A stretch of DNA of 64,000 nt, from NCBI GenBank assembly GCA_947479455.1, contig CANJZE010000003.1, positions 20,956 to 84,955 of the forward strand, read 5' to 3'. Of the stretch, positions 36,333-46,216 are shown piece after piece. The position numbers and the translations under genes are program-made. Every line of letters begins with the position of its first letter. Position 1 is the stretch's first letter. This stretch comes from Bacteroidota bacterium (GTDB lineage Bacteria > Bacteroidota > Bacteroidia > Chitinophagales > LD1). The notes under the pieces were generated by a model, which was given only the letters and a program-made list of their open reading frames with translations, searched no databases and was not told the DNA's origin.

Positions 36333-36406
36333 GGGGAATTAGCTCATTTGGCTAGAGCGTCTGCATGGCATGCAAGAGGCGACCGGTTCGAATCCGGTAT
36401 TCTCCA
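36333..36406 (+). tRNA. tRNA-Ala (anticodon GGC), hybrid attR copy
   Basis: Manual cloverleaf: acceptor GGGGAAT/ATTCTCC with a G3:U70 pair, D-arm GCTC-ATTTGGCTA-GAGC, anticodon loop ATGGCAT, T-arm ACCGG-TTCGAAT-CCGGT, discriminator A. 74 nt, no encoded CCA. The anticodon stem TCTGC/GCAAG has one G-U pair and one C-A mismatch. Confidence 0.85.
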
Positions 36407-36481
36407 CAGATTGTTCGAAGGACTTTTTCATTAGCTGCATGTGGAAAGATTTGGTAAGACAGGCCCGCAAAATTTTTTTGT

Positions 36482-37606
36482 ATGAAGAATATAGTTGTAT
36501 TAGGAGCAGGAATGGTAGGCAGTGCAATTGCGCGCGATTTATCAACCAGGTATAAAGTCACATCCGTTGACTTAAATAAAACTTCCCTCGACTTTCTGAA
36601 AAAGAATTTTGGTGTTAATACTGTTGAGGCTAACCTCAAAGACAAAAAGAAAATTCAGGAAATAATTTCAAAAGCAGATTTAGTAATTGGTGCAGTGCCC
36701 GGCTTTATGGGTTTCGAAACTTGTAAGACTGTGATTGAAGCAGGAAAGAACATGGTAGATATTTCTTTCTTTCCCGAAGATGCTTTTGAACTCGATGCAT
36801 TAGCCAAGAAAAAGAAAGTAACCATTGTGGTTGATTGCGGAGTTGCTCCGGGTATGGATAATATTCTATTGGGTTATCACTACAAACGAATGGAAGTGGA
36901 AGAATTCACCTGTATGGTTGGAGGGTTGCCTTTCACACGCTCACTTCCTTTTCAATACAAAGCTCCGTTTAGTCCAATTGATGTTATTGAAGAATACACC
37001 CGACCTGCGCGCTTGGTCGAAAACAATAAGGTTGTTACAAAACCAGCACTAAGTGAAGCTGAATTTGTGGAGTTCGAAAACATAGGAACTCTTGAAGCAT
37101 TCAATACCGATGGTTTGCGCTCATTGGTTAAAACCATGCGCATTAAAAACATGAAAGAGAAAACGCTTCGTTATCCCGGTCACCGTCAAATTATGGAAAC
37201 ACTTCGCGATGCAGGAATGTTCAGTGATAAGAAGATTGAATTGAACGGAGCAACAACAAGCGCTTTAGAAATTACATCAAAGGTTTTATTGCATCAATGG
37301 AAATTGCAACCTGAAGAAAGAGAGTTCACCGTCATGCGCGTTATCATCAGCGGAAAAGAGAAAGGGAAGAAGAAAACATACACCTACGATTTGTTTGACC
37401 AATACGATGCAGCAACAAAACTCTCTTCAATGGCGCGCACAACGGGCTTTACTTGTGCGGCTGTTGCCAGCCTTGTTGCCGAAGGCAAATTCAAACGAAA
37501 AGGCATTGTTGCCCCTGAATTTATTGGTGATGACGAAAAAGCGTTTAGCTTTGTAATCAATTACCTAAAGCACCGCAAGGTTTACTACAGCAAAACAGAG
37601 CGGTAA
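36482..37606 (+). CDS. Saccharopine dehydrogenase-family NAD(P)-binding protein
   Basis: Rossmann motif IVVLGAGMVGSAIARDL. Size and overall pattern resemble saccharopine dehydrogenase-like proteins. Confidence 0.75.
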   Translation: MKNIVVLGAGMVGSAIARDLSTRYKVTSVDLNKTSLDFLKKNFGVNTVEANLKDKKKIQEIISKADLVIGAVPGFMGFETCKTVIEAGKNMVDISFFPEDAFELDALAKKKKVTIVVDCGVAPGMDNILLGYHYKRMEVEEFTCMVGGLPFTRSLPFQYKAPFSPIDVIEEYTRPARLVENNKVVTKPALSEAEFVEFENIGTLEAFNTDGLRSLVKTMRIKNMKEKTLRYPGHRQIMETLRDAGMFSDKKIELNGATTSALEITSKVLLHQWKLQPEEREFTVMRVIISGKEKGKKKTYTYDLFDQYDAATKLSSMARTTGFTCAAVASLVAEGKFKRKGIVAPEFIGDDEKAFSFVINYLKHRKVYYSKTER

Positions 37607-37734
37607 TATTTTCTAAACATCGCTGTATTTTAATACTCCCTTCCTCTCAATTATTTTCTGAAATTCATTTTAAATTTTTATTCTAATCGCGGTTCTATTA
37701 CCGTAAACGCAGCCATTATGCTGCATCATTAACT

Positions 37735-39903
37735 ATGTCGAAAAACAAACAAAAACAAAACAAAACAAAAAAGCATTCCGGTTCTTCGGGCGATGCACAG
37801 TATATTCTCAGTATCGTACGCGGGCTTGGAAGAGATGCTAATTTGAAAGACCTCTTTCCTAAAGTGCTCAAGAAAATAAGTCAAACCGAAATCATTCTTG
37901 CGCTTCATCAATTGGAACGCGAAGGAAAAATTCGCCTCGAACAAAAAGGGAAAATCAAAGTACTTAGAGATACACACCAACAAAAAACAGAACAGCGCAA
38001 TGCAAAAGTTCTTTTCGGCACAGCCGATATTACCAAGAGCGGAGCGGCTTTTGTGAATGTTGAAGGAATGGATAAAGACATTTACATACCCAACAAATTT
38101 GTGCGCAATGCTATGCAGGGCGATGCAGTAAAAGTGAAACTGACTATTTACGGCAGAAGACCCGAAGGTGAGATTGTAGAAATTATCAAACGCTCGCAAG
38201 ACAGTTTTTCGGGAAGAGTTGATGTGTTTGAGAAGTTTGCATTCTTTATTGCCGATGAACGCAATCTGAAAACAGATATTTTCATTCCGCTTACTTCATT
38301 GGGAAAAGCAAAACACCGCGACCGAGTTATTGTGCGCATTACCGACTGGAATCTCGATGGCAAAAAACCGATTGGTGAAGTAATGGAAGTGCTCAGCGAT
38401 ACGCCTTCTTCCGACTACGATATGAAAATGATTCTGATTCAAAACGGTTTCAGTATTGATTTTCCGAAAGATGTTTACAAAGAATTAGAAAAGCATACCG
38501 ACCAAATTCCGAAAGAAGAAATTGCGAAGCGATTGGATTTTAGAAAAGTGCTTACCGTTACCATTGACCCTGTTGATGCGAAAGATTTTGATGATGCCAT
38601 TTCGTATCGCGTTTTAGAAAACGGCAATTACGAAATTGGTGTTCACATTGCCGATGTATCGCACTATGTTCGCGAAGGTTCGCAACTCGATAAAGAAGCG
38701 GAACGCAGAGCTACTTCGGTTTATTTACCGGACCGTGTTTGCCCGATGTTGCCCGAAAAACTTTCGAATGAATTATGCTCGCTTCGACCAAACGAAGACA
38801 AACTGACTTTTGCCACTATTTTTGAAATGGACGCAGCTTTCAATATTAAGAATTTCACTATTGCGCGAACGGTTATTCATTCTAAACGCAGATTTACCTA
38901 TGAAGAAGTGCAGGAAGTTTTAGAAACCGGTAAAGGCGATTATGTGGAAGAACTGCAAACGCTCGATAAAATTGCGAAACACATTCGCGCCAAACGAATG
39001 AAGAGCGGAGCCATTGCTTTTGAAAAAGATGAAGTGCGCTTTAAACTCGATGAAACCGGAAAGCCAATTGGCATTATGATTAAGACGCGCAAAGATGCGC
39101 ACTTGCTCGTAGAGGATTTTATGTTGCTGGCAAATGAAACCGTAGCTAAATATGGTTCAAAGATTCATGGACATAAAAAACAGATTCCTTTTGTTTATCG
39201 CATTCACGACACTCCCGACCCGCAGAAATTAGAAATGTTTAGTGCCGTGGCTGCACGCTTCGGTTACAAAATAAATTTTGATGACCCAAAGGATGCAGCA
39301 GGTGTTTTCAATACTTTGCTAAAGAAGGTTCAGGGCAAACCGGAACAAAATACGTTGGAAACAATGGCTATTCGCAGTATGGCTAAAGCAGCTTATACTA
39401 CTGCAAACATTGGTCACTATGGTTTAGCAATGGAATATTATACACACTTTACTTCGCCTATTCGCAGATACCCCGATGTAATGGTGCATCGTTTGCTCGA
39501 ACATTTGCTTACGCAAAGTGACAGTATTATTGATAAAGGAGAATTGGAATCGCGCTGTAAAAATTCATCGCTAATGGAACGCAAAGCTATGGATGCCGAG
39601 CGCGAAGCGGTGAAGTATAAACAGATTGAGTTTATGCAGGATAGAGTGGGAGAGGAGTTTGAAGGAGTAATTACAGGGGTAATAGCGCGTGGTGTTTTCG
39701 TGGAAATGCGAGAAACAAAATGCGAAGGAATGGTAAGCACTGAAATGTTGGGCGATGAAGATTTTGTTTTCGATGAAAAAATGGTTCGCTTAACCGGAAG
39801 AGATACCAAAAAGAAATTTGAACTAGGCGATGTAATAAAAGTGAAACTGCTTTCAGCCGATATTGTTTTACGAAGAATTGATTTGGGATTGGCGGAGGAA
39901 TAA
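37735..39903 (+). CDS. rnr: Ribonuclease R
   Basis: RNB catalytic motifs IDPVDAKDFDDAIS and HYGLAMEYYTHFTSPIRRYPD. N-terminal cold-shock-like region and a C-terminal S1 domain (GEEFEGVITGVIARGVFVEM). Confidence 0.9.
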   Translation: MSKNKQKQNKTKKHSGSSGDAQYILSIVRGLGRDANLKDLFPKVLKKISQTEIILALHQLEREGKIRLEQKGKIKVLRDTHQQKTEQRNAKVLFGTADITKSGAAFVNVEGMDKDIYIPNKFVRNAMQGDAVKVKLTIYGRRPEGEIVEIIKRSQDSFSGRVDVFEKFAFFIADERNLKTDIFIPLTSLGKAKHRDRVIVRITDWNLDGKKPIGEVMEVLSDTPSSDYDMKMILIQNGFSIDFPKDVYKELEKHTDQIPKEEIAKRLDFRKVLTVTIDPVDAKDFDDAISYRVLENGNYEIGVHIADVSHYVREGSQLDKEAERRATSVYLPDRVCPMLPEKLSNELCSLRPNEDKLTFATIFEMDAAFNIKNFTIARTVIHSKRRFTYEEVQEVLETGKGDYVEELQTLDKIAKHIRAKRMKSGAIAFEKDEVRFKLDETGKPIGIMIKTRKDAHLLVEDFMLLANETVAKYGSKIHGHKKQIPFVYRIHDTPDPQKLEMFSAVAARFGYKINFDDPKDAAGVFNTLLKKVQGKPEQNTLETMAIRSMAKAAYTTANIGHYGLAMEYYTHFTSPIRRYPDVMVHRLLEHLLTQSDSIIDKGELESRCKNSSLMERKAMDAEREAVKYKQIEFMQDRVGEEFEGVITGVIARGVFVEMRETKCEGMVSTEMLGDEDFVFDEKMVRLTGRDTKKKFELGDVIKVKLLSADIVLRRIDLGLAEE

Positions 39904-40092
39904 GTCATTTAGCAGGCTTGTTTGTCTGCTTAAGAAACATGATTCATCTAAGCAATTCTAGTTGTTGTTACTTATTCAATTACGTTTGATTTGAGATCAA
40001 ATTGATTTTGCCATCCCCTTAAATTGATTATATCGGACAAGTGTTTTTCTTTGTGAACTTTAAAACCTCAATTCATTTTTAAAACTTCTTTT

Positions 40093-42090
40093 ATGAGATC
40101 AACATTTAAGTTATTCAGTTTGCTAACTGTACTTACGTTTTGTTGTTTTAAAACAACTTTAGCAAACAATGCAGTTTACGAACAGCGTAGACAGGATTAC
40201 ATAGATACTTCACTTACTTACAGCGGAGAGAATAAACTTGTATTGCAAGCTTACCGAGGTTTACCTTTAGATACTGCCGCACTTAACTTAGTGCTTAACC
40301 GTGTTCCTACTCGCGAAACGGCCGACTTCGATATCATTCACCTGATTCGAATTTTATTTCTAACCACCGGCACTTACGATGCACAAATATTGCCGGTCCT
40401 TAACCCCATTCATTTTTGGATAAACTATGGCGATACACTTCATAATTATTTTTCCGAAAACCACGGGGTAATGTGGATGGGTTCTGAGTGGTTGCTACAT
40501 GAAAAATACAACAGGTCAATTGATAATCGCCTGGAAGCGCGCTTGAAACATTATCTGCAAGTAAAAGTACAATTCGGATTTTATGAATTTTTTTCTTCCA
40601 CTTACGCTCCATTCGAGTTGGGTGGTTTGTTGAACCTGGCCGATTTTTCACAAGACCCATTGATTAAAAATTTGGCAGCTGAGGCTTCGCAAATATTGTT
40701 GAAAGAATTTTTGTTATTGACAAATGATCGCGGCACCTTCTTTCCGGTAGCGGGAAGAAATTATCCCGCCAGGTATGAAACGGCATATGGTCAAAATCAC
40801 AACGATCTAATTTTTCTGATGACGGGTTTTGGTCCATCACCGCAAAGAGCATCGCACGCAGGTCCTTTTCTAGCTTCTACCGACCTACCCATGGATAGTG
40901 TAATTGCTTCTTGGAGGCCTTTTGAGAATTTTACGATGCACAACGGGCACAGTTTAGACACCGGCTTTATTATTAATGCTGCCCTTACTACTACAGACCG
41001 GGTAGTTTTTCAATGGAGTTCGGGTGCTTACTTTCATCCGTCAGTTGTTCAAGAAACTGCCCAATTACTTCTCGATTCTAATCTTTGGGCACAAAACGAT
41101 TTCGCATTACTAGCCCCGCTCTCCAGTATTCCTCCGCAAGATATGCCGGCTTTAGCCAATAATTTGAGTAGTATTTCTAAAAGTGGGGGACTGTTTGAAG
41201 CAAATATTTCAATTTTTAAAAACCATTCGATAACGCTTTCATCTATTCTCGATTTCTGGAAGGGCAAAGTGGGGTTTCAACAATATCCATGCGTTGCCAA
41301 TGTGGGCACTACAGCTGTTTACACAGGCTCAGGCGAAGTGAAACCGAATTGGCAAGACCGCAACCCTAATAACCAGAATACACACTTGCCTTATGTGGAG
41401 CAGCACAAAAATGTTTCACTGATTATGTATCGTCCCGAAGATGTGCCCCCGGTATTGGGTGCCAACTTTGCTTTTAAAGATGTTGCCCTGCACTGGAAAG
41501 ATGCTGATTTTGACGAAGCTGTAGAAGACAGTATGTGGCTGATAGGTCGACAACAACAAAGTTATGTAGCCGTGCGCAGAGCTTGCATTGGTGAAATTAA
41601 TGGTATACGCGCCTGTCCAACTAGCGTTGGACAAACTTGGGTGATAATGGTAGGAGACTCTTCCATGTATGGCAACTTTACAAACTTTCAAAGCGTGGTA
41701 CATCAATCGCAATTTGAAGAGCGATGGTATTTAGATACGCTGAGTTCTCAGTATGTGTACTATGCCAAAGTGATTGTAGATACAACTACTATTGATTATG
41801 CTTGGGGCGTGGATAGTTTAGCTACAGGAATTCCAAAACTTGGAGAAGACAATTCTCACTGGACCATTTATCCTAACCCGGCTAACACTACGTTACAAGT
41901 GGACTTGAAAGAAATTTACGGACCAACAACTTTTCAAATTTATAATACGCTTGGGGAGCTTTTTTATACTAATACAGCAAACGATAAACTAGTTACAATC
42001 TCTACACAATCATTAAGCAATGGCATGTATGTGCTAAAAATGATTACTGCTAAAAACGTAAGTTCAAAGAGGTTTATTATAGCGCATTAG
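40093..42090 (+). CDS. T9SS-secreted protein of unknown function, paralogue A
   Basis: Signal peptide and a T9SS CTD (WTIYPNPANTTLQVDL...NGMYVLKMITAKNVSSKRFIIAH). By eye about three-quarters identical to the 53809-55809 product along its full length. Confidence 0.75.
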   Translation: MRSTFKLFSLLTVLTFCCFKTTLANNAVYEQRRQDYIDTSLTYSGENKLVLQAYRGLPLDTAALNLVLNRVPTRETADFDIIHLIRILFLTTGTYDAQILPVLNPIHFWINYGDTLHNYFSENHGVMWMGSEWLLHEKYNRSIDNRLEARLKHYLQVKVQFGFYEFFSSTYAPFELGGLLNLADFSQDPLIKNLAAEASQILLKEFLLLTNDRGTFFPVAGRNYPARYETAYGQNHNDLIFLMTGFGPSPQRASHAGPFLASTDLPMDSVIASWRPFENFTMHNGHSLDTGFIINAALTTTDRVVFQWSSGAYFHPSVVQETAQLLLDSNLWAQNDFALLAPLSSIPPQDMPALANNLSSISKSGGLFEANISIFKNHSITLSSILDFWKGKVGFQQYPCVANVGTTAVYTGSGEVKPNWQDRNPNNQNTHLPYVEQHKNVSLIMYRPEDVPPVLGANFAFKDVALHWKDADFDEAVEDSMWLIGRQQQSYVAVRRACIGEINGIRACPTSVGQTWVIMVGDSSMYGNFTNFQSVVHQSQFEERWYLDTLSSQYVYYAKVIVDTTTIDYAWGVDSLATGIPKLGEDNSHWTIYPNPANTTLQVDLKEIYGPTTFQIYNTLGELFYTNTANDKLVTISTQSLSNGMYVLKMITAKNVSSKRFIIAH

Positions 42091-42172
42091 TTTAATTAAG
42101 GAAGAACTATAAAAACCGAAACGCAAGAGTTGGAAAAATTAGATGCTTAGAGTTGTAGTTCAAACTTCGGTT

Positions 42173-43810
42173 CTACGTCTGTATAACCCCCACACTAAAC
42201 TGCTTAGTTATTGGAGCTTGATTTGCGGCTTCTATTCCCATAGAAATTACTTTGCGGGTATCAAGTGGGTCAATGATACCGTCTGTCCATAAACGGGCAG
42301 CTGCATATTTAGGGTCGAGGGTTTTGAAATACTTATCTTTTATTTTATCGAGTAACTTCTTTTCATCTTCGGGTAAAATTTCTTGTCCCTTTGATTTCAA
42401 TGCAGCCACTTCAATCTGCAACATCACTTTAGCGGCTTGCTCACCACCCATTACCGCAATACGCGAAGTAGGCCACGCGTAAATCAAGCGGGGTCCGTAA
42501 GCTTTTCCGCACATGGCATAGTTGCCTGCACCGTAACTGTTGCCAATAATAATGGTGAATTTAGGCACCACCGAATTAGAAACAGCATTCACCATCTTTG
42601 CTCCGTCTTTTATAATTCCTCCGTGCTCACTTCTTGAGCCTACCATAAAGCCGGTTACGTCTTGCAAGAACACTAAAGGAATTTTTTTCTGATTGCAATT
42701 CATAATGAAGCGTGCTGATTTATCGGCACTATCGCTATAAATAACTCCACCAAACTGCATTTCACCTTTCTTGCTCTTTACTACTTTGCGTTGATTAGCA
42801 ACAATACCCACCGCCCAACCATCAATGCGGGCATAGCAAGTGATTATGCTTTTGCCGTAATCTTCTTTGTATTCTTCAATTTCCGAATTATCAACTAGTC
42901 GCTTGATAATTTCATGCATGTCGTACTGGCTTGTAATACTTTCGGGAATAATGCCGTAGATTTCTTCTTCGTTCAAAGAAGGTTTAGCAGGAGCGGCTCT
43001 GTCAAATCCTGCATCGGCAGGCTTGCCGAATTTATCTACGAGGTTGCGAATAGTTTTTAAACACTCTTCATCGTTCTTCATTTTGTAATCTGTAACTCCC
43101 GAAATTTCGCAATGTGTTACCGCACCGCCAAGCGTTTCGTTGTCTACCTCTTCACCAACCGCACTTTTCACCAAATAGCTACCTGCAAGAAACACCGAAC
43201 CTGTTCCTTCCACAATCAAAGCCTCATCACTCAGGATTGGTAGATAAGCACCACCCGCCACACAACTTCCCATAATGGCAGAAATTTGCGGAATGCCCAT
43301 AGAACTCATAATAGAGTTGTTGTAAAATATGCGACCGAAGTTTTCTTTATCAGGAAAGATTTCATCCTGCATAGGAAGAAACGCACCAGCACTATCCACC
43401 AGATACAAAACAGGAATATGATTCTCCATGGCTATTTCCTGTGCACGAAGATTTTTCTTTCCGGTTATAGGAAACCATGCTCCAGCTTTAACTGTGGCAT
43501 CATTCGCCACTATCATGCACAGGCGCCCTTTCACATAACCCATTACCACAACTACCCCGCCCGATGGACAACCACCTTGTTCTTCATACATTCCCCAACC
43601 TGCAAACTCTCCTATTTCAATAACGGGTTTTCCTTTATCGAGCAGTTGTTCAATTCTTTCGCGCGCGGTTAATTTGCCTTTGGCTTTATGCTTTTCAATT
43701 GACTTTTTACCACCTCCTAACTTAATTTGCTCACTCAGTCTGCGCAGGTCGCTCATGACCAGTTTCATCGCATCTTCGTTCTTATTGAATTCTAAATTTG
43801 TGTTTGACAT
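42173..43810 (-). CDS. Acyl-CoA carboxylase carboxyltransferase (beta) subunit, methylcrotonyl/propionyl-CoA type
   Basis: Carboxyltransferase pattern: GKLTARERIEQLLD, MIVANDATVKAGAW, SAIMGSCVAGGAYLP, VANQ...GG.I..DSADKSARFI. Confidence 0.85.
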   Translation of the reverse strand: MSNTNLEFNKNEDAMKLVMSDLRRLSEQIKLGGGKKSIEKHKAKGKLTARERIEQLLDKGKPVIEIGEFAGWGMYEEQGGCPSGGVVVVMGYVKGRLCMIVANDATVKAGAWFPITGKKNLRAQEIAMENHIPVLYLVDSAGAFLPMQDEIFPDKENFGRIFYNNSIMSSMGIPQISAIMGSCVAGGAYLPILSDEALIVEGTGSVFLAGSYLVKSAVGEEVDNETLGGAVTHCEISGVTDYKMKNDEECLKTIRNLVDKFGKPADAGFDRAAPAKPSLNEEEIYGIIPESITSQYDMHEIIKRLVDNSEIEEYKEDYGKSIITCYARIDGWAVGIVANQRKVVKSKKGEMQFGGVIYSDSADKSARFIMNCNQKKIPLVFLQDVTGFMVGSRSEHGGIIKDGAKMVNAVSNSVVPKFTIIIGNSYGAGNYAMCGKAYGPRLIYAWPTSRIAVMGGEQAAKVMLQIEVAALKSKGQEILPEDEKKLLDKIKDKYFKTLDPKYAAARLWTDGIIDPLDTRKVISMGIEAANQAPITKQFSVGVIQT

Positions 43811-43878
43811 ACTTCAAAAATTTGAGCCGTGAAACTATTAGAAAAAGTGAATAGTGAATAGGATATAGTGAAACGGAA

Positions 43879-45594
43879 TCATTCTTTAATAAAACTTTCT
43901 GAATGCATTCTTCCGGCTGTGGTAAGGTTCAATGAATAAACACCAAGGGGTAACGAAACTATATTGATGATTCTCTTGTCTGGGGTAAGTTTTCCTTGCA
44001 CAACTATTTGCCCCATTGAATTCAAAACAGAAAAAGAATTGGTCTCATCACTCTCATGCAATTCTACAATCAAATTATTCTTTGCCGGGTTTGGATACAA
44101 GCGAAAGGAATTCTTCTCCTCCACCGATTGAATACTGTTTCCAAAATGCGTTTCGTCTACACCGCAATCAACAATTCCGTTGATGCGGCTTTCTCCATCC
44201 ATATCTTTTTCATTAAGGGCAGAAATAAAAGCAGGATTGCCTGCATCTATCCCTTTCGAAATTTGCAGCAAATGAAAATCTGGTGTAGTAATACTTGAGT
44301 TTACAAACTGCGGATTACTCCATGTAGAATGCGAGTTGGTGGAAGTTCCGTTAATCGAATTGGTATAGCCTGTATAGTTTGTTCCGTTCCATTTAAAAAG
44401 AAGAGACGCACTATCTGCATCGGAATAAATAAGATTGTAATCGAAGAAAATACTCGGTTGAGTTAGTTCTGCATTCACAATAATATTTTGAGTAGATGCA
44501 TAGAAAATATTGTTTTCAATTAGTAAGTTTTCGCTGTAAGAAAGATACAGTTCACCATTGGCACTTACCGAGTAATCATTGGCATAGCAAGTGTTATTTG
44601 TAAATGAACAATTCTTTATTTTTCCTGAATTGGTTGGATAATCGTAACCGCCCAATGCAGCAGATGCCACTTGATTATTATAAAAAGCATTGTTACGCAC
44701 AAAAATTGAATCAGCCGATTTTCCCACGTGCTCACAACCTATCTCAATACCATACCCATTCTGTGAGCAAACATTATTCTCAATCACCACATTCTTTGCC
44801 CCGTCAATATAAATTCCACCGGAGGTAGCATAAGCCGAAAGACAATTCCTAGCAATATTGTTTTTGATAACACCATTGCGCGCCTGGTCTTTTGCAACCG
44901 TAGCGCAAGTGCCTTCAAAACCAATAGCATCAATTCCAATGTTGGTGATGTCGTGCACATAATTTCCGCTCATTTCAAAACCATCTACGTTTCCATTTAC
45001 AGCAATTCCTTCGCTGTAACCAAGCCTGCAATTGTAAACTTCGTTGTTCAATATCTTTAGATTAGTAATGGCATTTGCAGCACTTGTGCCATAAACAATA
45101 ATGGCTTGTGCGTTGGTGTTTGCATTAACTGCAGCATTTACACTTGCAGAAAAATGAATATTGTGCACGCGACAGTTTTGAATGGTAATATTCTGCGCAT
45201 TACCGCTCACTAAAATTCCCTGAGCGTCTAAATGGATGTTATCGCCAATTTCCAATCCATCAATGGTGATGTTTGAATGATCGGTAATTTCAATCACGGC
45301 ACTCTGCGAAGTAATTCCGGTTCCTCTTACTACGACAGTGTCGTTGTTGTAATTCTTAAGCGTGATGTTGGAAAAGTTGAAATTGATTTTCTCATGGTAA
45401 GTACCCGCTTTCACATTCACTACATCGCCTGAACTTACGTTGTCGATGGCGTATTGAATCGTTTGCCAGGGTTGAGCAAGTGTTCCGTTACTCGCATTAT
45501 CTACTCCGTTTGGCGAAACATAGTAGTTCGTTTGTGCAGAAAGAAGATGACCGAGGAGAAACAAAATTGCTGTGAGCGTAGAAACTTTTAGCAT
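43879..45594 (-). CDS. Right-handed parallel beta-helix repeat protein with T9SS CTD
   Basis: Periodic ...I.NN.. /N.I.I.. repeats typical of the pectin-lyase fold. T9SS CTD FRLYPNPAKNNLIVEL...GVYSLNL. Confidence 0.75.
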   Translation of the reverse strand: MLKVSTLTAILFLLGHLLSAQTNYYVSPNGVDNASNGTLAQPWQTIQYAIDNVSSGDVVNVKAGTYHEKINFNFSNITLKNYNNDTVVVRGTGITSQSAVIEITDHSNITIDGLEIGDNIHLDAQGILVSGNAQNITIQNCRVHNIHFSASVNAAVNANTNAQAIIVYGTSAANAITNLKILNNEVYNCRLGYSEGIAVNGNVDGFEMSGNYVHDITNIGIDAIGFEGTCATVAKDQARNGVIKNNIARNCLSAYATSGGIYIDGAKNVVIENNVCSQNGYGIEIGCEHVGKSADSIFVRNNAFYNNQVASAALGGYDYPTNSGKIKNCSFTNNTCYANDYSVSANGELYLSYSENLLIENNIFYASTQNIIVNAELTQPSIFFDYNLIYSDADSASLLFKWNGTNYTGYTNSINGTSTNSHSTWSNPQFVNSSITTPDFHLLQISKGIDAGNPAFISALNEKDMDGESRINGIVDCGVDETHFGNSIQSVEEKNSFRLYPNPAKNNLIVELHESDETNSFSVLNSMGQIVVQGKLTPDKRIINIVSLPLGVYSLNLTTAGRMHSESFIKE

Positions 45595-45657
45595 AGTAGT
45601 AGATATTGAACCACGTCAAAGATAGATTTTGAAAATGAAGTCTTGTTTCGCGAATTT

Positions 45658-46002
45658 CTAATTCTGCGAAGCCAGAAGCTTCTCTACTTCTTCCAATTTA
45701 TCAAGCGAAACCTTAGAAAGCATTTTGCTGATTTCAATTTTCTTTTCGCGCTTTCTTATGTGTTGCAGCGGATGTTTAGGATGGTCATCCAACAAATCAT
45801 TAGGTCCCCATTCAAAAATATCATTGGGTGTGCAATGCAATAGGACACATAGTTTTTCAATGTGGTCAAGTCGCATATGTTCTACCTTGTTGTTCTTGTA
45901 TTTATGCGCTGTGAAAGGAACAAAACCATTCTGCACTAAAAACTTATAAGGCTGGTCAATGCCGCGCGCTTTAAAAATGCGTTGGAGGTTTAAATGTATC
46001 AT
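45658..46002 (-). CDS. XRE-family helix-turn-helix transcriptional regulator
   Basis: The pattern LQRIFKARGIDQPYKFLVQNGF...MRLDHIEKLCVLLHCTPNDIFEW resembles a Cro/C1-type HTH. Confidence 0.65.
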   Translation of the reverse strand: MIHLNLQRIFKARGIDQPYKFLVQNGFVPFTAHKYKNNKVEHMRLDHIEKLCVLLHCTPNDIFEWGPNDLLDDHPKHPLQHIRKREKKIEISKMLSKVSLDKLEEVEKLLASQN

Positions 46003-46216
46003 AGGTGTTAGTAGTGTGTGATTAACTGATGATAAAAATACAAAGTGGACTTAGGGTTTATGACATAAACTTCCCACAACTGTGAATAAATAATCTATAA
46101 GCTCAACCTCTTCTGCTAAATCATCTGACAGAAATATTAAAAACCCAAACTAATATTTTAAAAACTCAAACTCACTTTCATTTCAAATACTAATTCAAAA
46201 TGCAGTTATTCGTGCC

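Larger units (their letters stand above)
17263..36372. mobile_element. ~19 kb integrative genomic island inserted in tRNA-Ala(GGC); defence/nuclease-rich cargo
   Basis: A 40-nt direct repeat marks both ends. A tyrosine integrase sits at the left end, and excisionase-type HTH, wHTH and serine recombinase genes sit at the right end. Shared short motifs occur in both arms. The interior looks more AT-rich than the flanks by eye (not computed). Housekeeping genes lie on both sides. Confidence 0.8.

Noticed and set aside
36339-36645. ORFs of 61-97 aa overlapping the tRNA-Ala gene and the start of the dehydrogenase gene
   Set aside because: They overlap a clean tRNA cloverleaf and a supported CDS, so they are artefacts.
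37729-38199. 156-aa minus-strand ORF over the rnr 5' end (also 39438-39908 at the 3' end)
   Set aside because: Both are antisense shadows of RNase R.
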